DNA of 20,739 bases from Bacteroidales bacterium (lineage in GTDB: Bacteria; Bacteroidota; Bacteroidia; Bacteroidales; UBA12077): contig JANQHR010000133.1 of assembly GCA_028282585.1 (NCBI GenBank), positions 1 to 20,739 of the forward strand, in the 5' to 3' direction. Below, piece by piece: positions 1 through 7,289 of this stretch; position 1 is the stretch's first letter; every line of letters starts with the position of its first letter. The notes below the pieces were generated by a model that was given only the letters and a program-made list of their open reading frames with translations, made no database searches and was not told the DNA's origin. The position numbers and the translations under genes were made by a program.

Positions 1-2
1 CA

Positions 3-3000
3 ACTTATAACAGTAAAGTTTTAACCTGGTATACCGATGATGGAGGAGATAGTTTTAAAGCTATTTATACTATAGAAGAAGGAGATGATGATCAGGCTAC
101 GCCACAGGAATTAGAGAATGTACAATTAACAGATCCTGCTGGCAATACAAGTGGAACCTTAAGTACCACAGATGTTGAGAAATCTATAGATGCTAATACT
201 CCCGCTGTTTCAAGTGTTAGCGTTCCAAACACAACAAAACTATACGGTCAAACTTATACAATTATTATAGAAGTTAGTGATGATAATGTTGATACTTGGA
301 ACTTGGTTTCTGGCAAAATAGCAGGATTTGATTTATTTAATCTTTCAAAACAGGATTTAAATACTTATACTGCTCAGTTTAATGTAAATGCTTTAGGTTT
401 TGATATACTACCAGGAGATTCATATGATCTTTCAAACCTTGTTTTATCAGATCCCGCAGGAAACATTTCAAATTCCTATTCTGAAACTATAACTCAGGCA
501 GGGGATCCGATATATACTGTTTTACCAACAGGAAAAGTCACAGGTGAATATCATGTATGTAATGAAGATTCTGCTGAACTTTCTTTTCAATTAACGGGCA
601 ATGCCCCATGGAATATTCAGTTATATGATGGTTCAAGTACTGTTGTCGTAAATGGGATTTCTAGCTCTCCGTATATACATAAGGTTGAAGCTTTGGATAT
701 TAACGGTTTGGTTGAGCCAGATACAGTGATCTATAAAATAACTCAAATCACTGATGTTAATGGTAATATAGTTAATATCTCTGTAACTGATAGTGCTCTG
801 GTATTAGCTTATGAAAACCCAGTTGTTGATATTACTGATCCTCCTGGGAACCAAACTTATAATATTAATAATAATGTAGCGGATACATTAGTTGGAAATC
901 CAGTAGGCGGCGTGTTTTCGGGAAAAGGTATTGTAGCTTCTAACAATACATTCTTGCCTGCTTCTGCCGGATTAGGTACCCATAAAATTGCTTATACTTA
1001 TACCATTCCATCGTCTGGCTGTTGGAGTAGTGATACAGTTGATTTTGAAGTAATTGAATCAGATGCAGATATAACTTTTGATAACGGTGATGATGATTGG
1101 CGTTGTGATTACGAGACTACAATGGCGGTAACGGCAGAAGTAGTAACAGATCCGGGAATAATAGGAACTCTTTCCTTAAGTCCGAATTCTACAGCATTAT
1201 CTCCAACTGGCAATAATGAAGCAGAAATTGATATTACGCAATTATCAGCTGGAACATATGAAGTGAGTTACGAATATGACGATGGAGGTACAATAACAGT
1301 TAAGCGAAGTTTTACGGTAGAATCAGTTGGTAACTTAATTGATATTACTGATATCTCAGCCCATTGTGAAGATCACGATACAATACATGTTGACGCATTT
1401 AACTTAACTCCTGTTGGTGGAACAGGATTATTTACTTTCTCGGGTAGCACTGATGATTATTTTGTGGATGACCCGAATGGAAACAGTATGTATTTTTATC
1501 CGGATTCAGTTGATCCAGGATCCTATAGTTTACAATATGTTTATACAACTCCGAATGGTTGTGATAGTGATCCGGTGGTTAAAAATTTTGATGTTAACCC
1601 ATTACCAACAGTATACTTTGAAATTGGTACTGATACAATTTATAATATTGACCAAGGGGCAAGCTTAATTACCGGATTACCTACAGATGCCGGAGGAGTA
1701 TTTTCTTCTACTTTAGACTTTATTGATGATAATTTGAATGGTACTGCAAATATCAACCCTGAATCCATTGATTTAGGAACTCAATGGATATATTATGTGT
1801 ATACTGATGTAAATGGTTGTGTAAATAGTGACACATTAGAAATTGAGGTTCGGCAAGCCTTAGGCAATATTACAAGTGAGTCAGGTTCGTTTCAATATTG
1901 TTTCTATGGATCGGCTTCTGATGTTATAACGGGAACACCGGACCCAACAGATGGAAGTGCGGGTAGTTTTTATATAGATGATGTTTTAATAACACCTTTG
2001 GAGAATAATAAAATAACAATTAATCCACAGGATTATAATGATGGAGACCATGAGCTTCGGTTTGATTATTTAGATGGCTCAACGACATATTCGGTTTATG
2101 AAACATTTAATGTTGATTCAATAATTGATGTATCCTTTTCAGGTTTGGATGAAGCGTTTTGTGAAGATGATGATACGGAAGTTGAACTTAATGCGAGTTA
2201 CGGAGAAGATGGCACAATTGATTTTACCGGCAATGGTATAAATGATTCAGATAATAGCGATAATTTAGCAATATTTACTCCTGGTGATGCAAATCTTGGC
2301 AATAATACGATTTCTATGACATATACAAGAGATTACTCTGGTTGTCAGAGAGCATACAGTGATGTAGTTAGAATAAATAAAACACCAACTGTAGCTTTTT
2401 ATCCTAATGAGAAATGTATTCCAGGTTCAAATAGCCTTTTAAGGTTTATTTCAGATACCTTAGCTTCAGATTCAATCATAATATGGGATTGGACTTATGG
2501 TAATAGTACTTCAAGTAGTTCAAATGCAGTATTCGAAGTTGACCCTGGATTTAATACCTTAAATTTAAGATTGGAATCTAAACATGGATGTGTTAACGAT
2601 ATTGATAGTATTTTCTTTCTGGGCACAAGAGTTGATCTTGAGTTTAGTTTTGAAAATGAATGCCATGGGGAAACGGTACTGTTCGAACTTTTAACAGGAA
2701 GTGATCCGGATGATACTTTAAGCACAGGTTGGGATTTTGGAGGAGCTGGAGTAGCTGACTTAACAAATCGTGATAATCCTGAATTTACATATGATTCTCC
2801 GGGTGTATATGATGTTATATATGAGGAGATATTGAAAACTTGTGGCAGAATTGCGGATACGTTACGTTTAAATATTCGTCCATCAGTTGATCTAAGTATT
2901 TCATATTTGGAAGATTTTGAAAATAGCCCTGATATTACTGGATGGGTCGTAGAAGATTATGAAGAAGGAGCAAATAATACATGGCAATGGGGAGAACCTA

Positions 3001-4418
3001 GCGGGACTAATATAAATGCTGCGGCATCTGGCACGAATGCTTTTGTAACTAATTTGAGTGGGAACTATTCAGATGATGAGAAGGGTATGATTACCAGTCC
3101 GTGTTTTGATTTTTCTTCTATGGAGCGTCCAATGATGAAAATGGATTTTATTTCTTATACTGAAACTGATCGCGATGGTGCGGTTATACAGTATACTAAA
3201 TCAGATGGCACGTGGGCAACAATTGGAGTACCTGCGGAGGGAATAAATTGGTATACTTCGTATATTATTAGTGGCGCACCTGCTGATCAGCAACTAGGAT
3301 GGACTGGAGATATTGTGGATTTAGATAATGATGGATGGAATACTGCAATGTTTAGACTTGATGAATTAAGAGGTAGAGGAGGGGTAAGATTTAGAATTGT
3401 TTTTGCTTCTAACGGTGATTTTACAAACGAAGGATTTGCTTTTGATAATGTTCAGTTCAAGGAAAGGGAAAGAATGGTTCTTCTCGAGAATTTTACAAAT
3501 ATTACGGATCAAGATGCAATTGATATTCAGGACAACGTAATATATCCAATTGTAGAAAAGGATTCTTTAGATGCCATTAGCCTGAATTATCACACAAGTT
3601 TCCCGGAAGCGAATTCATTTAATTCTTATTATCCCTCAGGACCTAGTGCCAGAGCACTATTTTATGGTGTATCAGATGTACCACATTCAATTGTTGATGG
3701 TCAAGGACAATTTGATTATTCAATTGGGAATGAACTTACTGAGTCTGATATTCATAAAAGGGTATTAGTAGATCCCGTATTTAACATTTCACTAAAACAG
3801 GACATTCAGAATGATAATTTGGTTGTTTCTGCAGATATAAAGGCTTTAGAAGATATTTCCGGTCAAGATTTGATTGTGTATGCAGCTGTTGTTGAAAAAA
3901 CCGTAGAAGTAAATTCTGTAAAATATCATAATGTATTAAGGACTATGCTCCCGGATGCGGCTGGTACATTAATAGAAAGAGACTGGTTAACAAATGATTC
4001 TATTAATATTTATCAAACTTGGTCGGTACCGGTAGATGTAAATTCAGATAGTTTAATCACAATAGTTTTTGTTCAAGGTGAGGAGACTAAAGAAATTTAC
4101 CAGGTAGCTTATGTGGCTGAATTTCTAACGATTACATCAATTGATGAGTTGGTTGAAAATGTTGCAAGCCATGATTATAGAATTTATCCAAATCCAGTAA
4201 GAGAAGTTCTATCAATTCAATTATTAAAGACTGTTTCATATGATATGGAAATTAGCATTTATAATGGAGTAGGAGCTTTAGTTAAATCTGGATTGATCAA
4301 TAAAGGTGCTAGTTTAGTTGAATTAAATACCAGTGATTTACCAGCGGGAGTTTACTATGTCAGATTGAGTAATGCAAATAAAGTAATAGATACACGAAAA
4401 TTAATAAAAATAGATTAA
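3..4418 (+). CDS. Large T9SS-secreted multi-domain surface protein, 5'-truncated: Ig-like repeats, PKD-like domains, MAM/cleaved-adhesin-like jelly roll, Omp28-like domain, type A CTD
   Basis: The frame is open from base 3 (TYNSKVLTWYTDDGG...LTDPAGN...), so the TTG at 303 is not the real start. Two D-P-A-G-N Ig motifs; PKD-like WDW/WDFG..NP.FTY..PG.Y.V; LEDFE..GW..WQWG..SPCFD..FDNV jelly roll; VLLENFT..NYH..HNVLR Omp28-like; C-terminal IYPNP..YN..G..LPAGVYYVRL..KLIK. Confidence 0.9.
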   Translation, partial: TYNSKVLTWYTDDGGDSFKAIYTIEEGDDDQATPQELENVQLTDPAGNTSGTLSTTDVEKSIDANTPAVSSVSVPNTTKLYGQTYTIIIEVSDDNVDTWNLVSGKIAGFDLFNLSKQDLNTYTAQFNVNALGFDILPGDSYDLSNLVLSDPAGNISNSYSETITQAGDPIYTVLPTGKVTGEYHVCNEDSAELSFQLTGNAPWNIQLYDGSSTVVVNGISSSPYIHKVEALDINGLVEPDTVIYKITQITDVNGNIVNISVTDSALVLAYENPVVDITDPPGNQTYNINNNVADTLVGNPVGGVFSGKGIVASNNTFLPASAGLGTHKIAYTYTIPSSGCWSSDTVDFEVIESDADITFDNGDDDWRCDYETTMAVTAEVVTDPGIIGTLSLSPNSTALSPTGNNEAEIDITQLSAGTYEVSYEYDDGGTITVKRSFTVESVGNLIDITDISAHCEDHDTIHVDAFNLTPVGGTGLFTFSGSTDDYFVDDPNGNSMYFYPDSVDPGSYSLQYVYTTPNGCDSDPVVKNFDVNPLPTVYFEIGTDTIYNIDQGASLITGLPTDAGGVFSSTLDFIDDNLNGTANINPESIDLGTQWIYYVYTDVNGCVNSDTLEIEVRQALGNITSESGSFQYCFYGSASDVITGTPDPTDGSAGSFYIDDVLITPLENNKITINPQDYNDGDHELRFDYLDGSTTYSVYETFNVDSIIDVSFSGLDEAFCEDDDTEVELNASYGEDGTIDFTGNGINDSDNSDNLAIFTPGDANLGNNTISMTYTRDYSGCQRAYSDVVRINKTPTVAFYPNEKCIPGSNSLLRFISDTLASDSIIIWDWTYGNSTSSSSNAVFEVDPGFNTLNLRLESKHGCVNDIDSIFFLGTRVDLEFSFENECHGETVLFELLTGSDPDDTLSTGWDFGGAGVADLTNRDNPEFTYDSPGVYDVIYEEILKTCGRIADTLRLNIRPSVDLSISYLEDFENSPDITGWVVEDYEEGANNTWQWGEPSGTNINAAASGTNAFVTNLSGNYSDDEKGMITSPCFDFSSMERPMMKMDFISYTETDRDGAVIQYTKSDGTWATIGVPAEGINWYTSYIISGAPADQQLGWTGDIVDLDNDGWNTAMFRLDELRGRGGVRFRIVFASNGDFTNEGFAFDNVQFKERERMVLLENFTNITDQDAIDIQDNVIYPIVEKDSLDAISLNYHTSFPEANSFNSYYPSGPSARALFYGVSDVPHSIVDGQGQFDYSIGNELTESDIHKRVLVDPVFNISLKQDIQNDNLVVSADIKALEDISGQDLIVYAAVVEKTVEVNSVKYHNVLRTMLPDAAGTLIERDWLTNDSINIYQTWSVPVDVNSDSLITIVFVQGEETKEIYQVAYVAEFLTITSIDELVENVASHDYRIYPNPVREVLSIQLLKTVSYDMEISIYNGVGALVKSGLINKGASLVELNTSDLPAGVYYVRLSNANKVIDTRKLIKID
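810..2375 (+). repeat. Six ~80-92 aa Ig-like protein repeats arranged as ABC-ABC
   Basis: Units 1/4 share YNI..GGVFS..GC..SDT..EV; units 2/5 share C.Y..NN...I..Y.DG..F.V.S; units 3/6 share CED.DT..YT...GC. Boundaries are approximate. Confidence 0.7.
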
Positions 4419-4421
4419 AGG

Positions 4422-4448
4422 AAAGGGAGCAATTAATCGCTCCCTTTT
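4422..4448. terminator. Probable bidirectional intrinsic terminator between convergent genes
   Basis: AAAGGGAGC (4422-4430) / GCTCCCTTT (4439-4447) stem. The right arm lies inside the last codons of the minus-strand gene. Confidence 0.7.
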
Positions 4449-5002
4449 ATATTTCGTTGTTGTCGATATTTTCCATGCTCATCTTTATTCTTTCTTTTAT
4501 GTCTTCGTTCCATTCGTTCACCATCCTGAACTGATAACATTTGGATAAACATTTTATGTAGGATTTCTTGTTGTTCTTCATTGCAAATATCTTTCAGCTC
4601 CATGAAGTGATTGATTGTTAATTTTTTAAGATCGTAATGTAATGATCCTATATCAAGTGCAATTTGGTCAAGATTCCCAGAATTCGGATTTTTTTTAGCA
4701 ATCTCCTTCATCATTTCATATCTTTTTTTCCTCATCTGAAAAGCAATTTTTCGAGAATCCTGACTATATTTTGTATTTATTATTTTAAATTCGTGAAACT
4801 GTTCTTCAGACAAATTAAGTTCTTCCTGAAAAAACCTTCTCATGCCTTGCTTTCGTATTTCATCTTGAACATTACTAATTTTATCTTGCTTTTTAGCATG
4901 AACTTTTTTGTTGTAAATTATAGTACTTAAAGCCGAAATATTCACAACTAAAAGAACTATAATCGTGCTTATTAATAAAGTTTTCTTAGTTTTTGCATTC
5001 AT
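4433..5002 (-). CDS. Spy/CpxP/ZraP-like periplasmic helical protein (periplasmic heavy-metal sensor family)
   Basis: N-terminal hydrophobic anchor, LTXXQ-like motifs LNLSEEQ and ICNEEQQ, basic tail, third gene of an ECF module. ATG at 5002 is preferred over TTG at 5017. Confidence 0.75.
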   Translation of the reverse strand: MNAKTKKTLLISTIIVLLVVNISALSTIIYNKKVHAKKQDKISNVQDEIRKQGMRRFFQEELNLSEEQFHEFKIINTKYSQDSRKIAFQMRKKRYEMMKEIAKKNPNSGNLDQIALDIGSLHYDLKKLTINHFMELKDICNEEQQEILHKMFIQMLSVQDGERMERRHKRKNKDEHGKYRQQRNIKGSD

Positions 5003-5037
5003 GGTTATTAAAGTCAAGTTAACTATATTTTACATAT

Positions 5038-5514
5038 TTAATATTCATCATCAGATTCTGTAATCAAATTTTCAATTGTTTCAATTTCATAATCATTAAG
5101 ATAATTATATTCAGCAAATGTTTCTATTGGATTTATGTTTTCACCTGATTCAATTTCAGAATATGAACTAAAAGATGGGTTACTGGATCCAATTAAGATA
5201 CCAACATAAACAGCTAAAATAATCGAAGAAAGGTAAATGAATGGTTGCACTAGCTTTTTTGAAAAAATCTTTGATAAAAGAGAATTTCCAAATTCAATTC
5301 TATGCTCCATCTTTTGTTTTAGTCTTGTATAATAAAATGCTTGCTCTGTGACATCTGTTGTTGGTTTCAACAGATCAAGAGATTGCTTTAATTTCCAATA
5401 TATTTTGGCACAGTTCTCACAAGAGTCTATATGAGTTTTTACTTTTTTTTGTAAATCCTCAGTGAGATTTAAATCCAAATCAGGAAGCAACCTTTTAACT
5501 CTTTTACAGTCCAT
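5038..5514 (-). CDS. Zinc-binding (ZAS, zf-HC2) membrane anti-sigma factor
   Basis: MDC...HIDSCENC (HxxxCxxC), one TM segment (FIYLSSIILAVYVGILIG), acidic C-terminal tail, directly downstream of an ECF sigma. Confidence 0.88.
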   Translation of the reverse strand: MDCKRVKRLLPDLDLNLTEDLQKKVKTHIDSCENCAKIYWKLKQSLDLLKPTTDVTEQAFYYTRLKQKMEHRIEFGNSLLSKIFSKKLVQPFIYLSSIILAVYVGILIGSSNPSFSSYSEIESGENINPIETFAEYNYLNDYEIETIENLITESDDEY

Positions 5515-5526
5515 AATCTTTTTTTA

Positions 5527-5555
5527 TTTGACAACTAATATCTAGAATTATTACA
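5527..5555 (-). promoter_or_regulatory. Putative ECF-sigma promoter of the anti-sigma gene
   Basis: Minus strand TGTAAT-N16-TGTCAAA; the same architecture recurs upstream of the sigma gene. Confidence 0.6.
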
Positions 5556-5562
5556 CTCAAAA

Positions 5563-6132
5563 TCAGTTATTGTTAAAATAATCAATCAACAATGTTTTTA
5601 ATTTTTTCTTTCCACGGTTTATTAATACCCCAACTTCGGTTACAGAAATTTCCATTATTTCAGCTATTTCCTTATATGATAAATCTTCAAAATTGTTCAA
5701 TGTTAAAGCAATATTTTGCTTCTTGGATAATTTATTTAAGGCTATATGCAAAGCCTTTTTATTTTCTTCAATTTCGATATTTTCTCCAGGTTTTAGCGCT
5801 ATATCTTCAGGTGTATTTTTAGCATTATCGCCATTGAAAATAACGTCAATACTAGAAAACCACTTTCGCTTTTTTTTTGACCGCAAATAGTTTAAAGATT
5901 TGTTAACAGAAATTCTGTATAACCATGTGGTAATCTTAGATTCACCTCTGAAACTTTCAATTGACTCATAAATTTTGATAAATACATCTTGCGAAATATC
6001 CATTGCGTCATCAAAGTTGTTCAAAATGTTATTACAAACATTCAAAACCAGTTGATGGTACTTTTCAACAAAAAGCTGAAAAGCCTGCTCATCTTTATTA
6101 GCTATTCTTTCTAATAAAATTTTCTCGTCCAT
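5563..6132 (-). CDS. ECF RNA polymerase sigma-70 factor
   Basis: Region 2 DAMDISQDVFIK..FRGESKITTWLYRI..N; region 4 LSYKEIAEIMEIS..V...INRGKKKLK; 189 aa. Confidence 0.95.
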   Translation of the reverse strand: MDEKILLERIANKDEQAFQLFVEKYHQLVLNVCNNILNNFDDAMDISQDVFIKIYESIESFRGESKITTWLYRISVNKSLNYLRSKKKRKWFSSIDVIFNGDNAKNTPEDIALKPGENIEIEENKKALHIALNKLSKKQNIALTLNNFEDLSYKEIAEIMEISVTEVGVLINRGKKKLKTLLIDYFNNN

Positions 6133-6159
6133 TCAGGATTATCCTAAATCATTTTTTAG

Positions 6160-6188
6160 TTCGACACATTTATTAGAATTTTATTACA
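6160..6188 (-). promoter_or_regulatory. Putative autoregulatory ECF-sigma promoter
   Basis: Minus strand TGTAAT-N16-TGTCGAA, 27 nt upstream of the sigma ATG. Confidence 0.62.
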
Positions 6189-6278
6189 AAATAAAGGTAG
6201 AACTTTTTTATTTTTCTGAACATAATGAAAAAATCATTGTTTTTATGGAAAACGAATATAAAAAAAATCATTGTTATT

Positions 6279-7085
6279 ATGACTTTAGAAGATATTTTTA
6301 ATAGATTATGGAGCGATTATACAACCCAAAACCCTTCCGCTCAAAAAGTTTTTGATTTATTTACGAATGAAGGAGAAACTGTATTAAATGATCACATTGC
6401 ATTTAGAACTTTTGATCATGATAAAGTTAATATTGATGTTTTAGCTAGAGTTTTTTTGGAAAGAGACTATGAAGAAAAGGGACACTATGAGTTTGAAGAA
6501 AAGCATTTATTTGCAAAACATTTCGAGCATAAAACAGATAAAAGTGCTCCCCGGGTTTTTATAAGTCAGCTTAAATTGAATGACTTTAGTAATTTTTTAC
6601 AGAAAACTGTATCTAATATAGTAGATAATATCCAGGAAAAAGACCTTAAATCAGATAACTTAATCTTTTCAGGAAAAATTTGGGGTACACCAGATCATAA
6701 AACATATCTTAAACTTCGAGAAGAATCAGAATATGCAGCATGGGTTTATGTATATGGTTTTAGGGCAAACCATTTTACATTGAGTATTAACAGTTTAAAA
6801 AAATACGATTCCATTGAGAAAGTAAATCAATTCTTAAAAGATAATGGATTTCTAATGAACTCATCAGGAGGTGAAATAAAAGGAACTAAAGAAGAGTTAT
6901 TACAACAATCCAGCATTATGGCGAACCATATTAATGTTGAGTTTACAGATGGAGTTTATAGTATTCCCGGTTGTTATTACGAGTTTGCGCAGCGATATCC
7001 AGATAAAAATGGTGAATTGTATGGTGGTTTTATAGCAAAATCGGCAGATAAGATTTTTGAAAGTACCAATTATTATAAAAAATAG
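6279..7085 (+). CDS. DUF1338 family protein (2-oxoadipate dioxygenase/decarboxylase HglS-like, VOC fold)
   Basis: NDHIAFRT, ESEYAAW, ANHFT, GGEIKG..LLQQSS, YYEFAQRY, GF....A.KIFEST. ATG at 6279 is preferred over 6225, whose extension is AT-rich leader-like sequence. Confidence 0.85.
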   Translation: MTLEDIFNRLWSDYTTQNPSAQKVFDLFTNEGETVLNDHIAFRTFDHDKVNIDVLARVFLERDYEEKGHYEFEEKHLFAKHFEHKTDKSAPRVFISQLKLNDFSNFLQKTVSNIVDNIQEKDLKSDNLIFSGKIWGTPDHKTYLKLREESEYAAWVYVYGFRANHFTLSINSLKKYDSIEKVNQFLKDNGFLMNSSGGEIKGTKEELLQQSSIMANHINVEFTDGVYSIPGCYYEFAQRYPDKNGELYGGFIAKSADKIFESTNYYKK

Positions 7086-7105
7086 ATTTAAAAGAAACTT
7101 TTATG

Positions 7106-7131
7106 AGCCTACCATTTGGTAGGCTTTTTTA
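7106..7131 (+). terminator. Intrinsic terminator
   Basis: AGCCTACC-attt-GGTAGGCT followed by a T run, 20 nt after the stop codon. Confidence 0.85.
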
Positions 7132-7222
7132 TTTTAATAAATAAAAATAAATTTATTTTCAAATGTTCATAAATTCTGTAAACTTCTATAAAATCATTGT
7201 AGGGCTTGTTTTTGCAAAAGAT

Positions 7223-7230
7223 TATATTTG
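7223..7230 (+). promoter_or_regulatory. Bacteroidota primary-sigma -7 element
   Basis: TATATTTG matches TAnnTTTG, 59 nt before the GH3 ATG. No well-spaced -33 TTTG seen. Confidence 0.5.
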
Positions 7231-7289
7231 TGATAATCAAAATATGTAATCGATTAAAATCATTAAGAATAAGAGAAAATTAAGTAATT

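Noticed and set aside
303-305. TTG start of the 1371-aa ORF
   Set aside because: The frame is open to the window edge with the same DPAGN repeat type and no signal peptide follows 303; the gene starts upstream of the window.
5008-5034. Possible third ECF promoter (minus strand TGTAAA...TGAC) before the Spy-like gene
   Set aside because: Spacer is 12 nt rather than 16 and both boxes mismatch.
6144-6152. Minus-strand mini-ORF ATG-ATT-TAG ahead of the sigma start
   Set aside because: Two codons only; expected by chance, no supporting signal.
6225-6278. N-terminal extension of DUF1338
   Set aside because: Lys/Ile-rich translation of AT-rich intergenic DNA; family-like sequence begins at the 6279 ATG.
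7144-7159. 16-bp palindrome AAAATAAATTTATTTT
   Set aside because: Pure A/T low complexity in a very AT-rich spacer.
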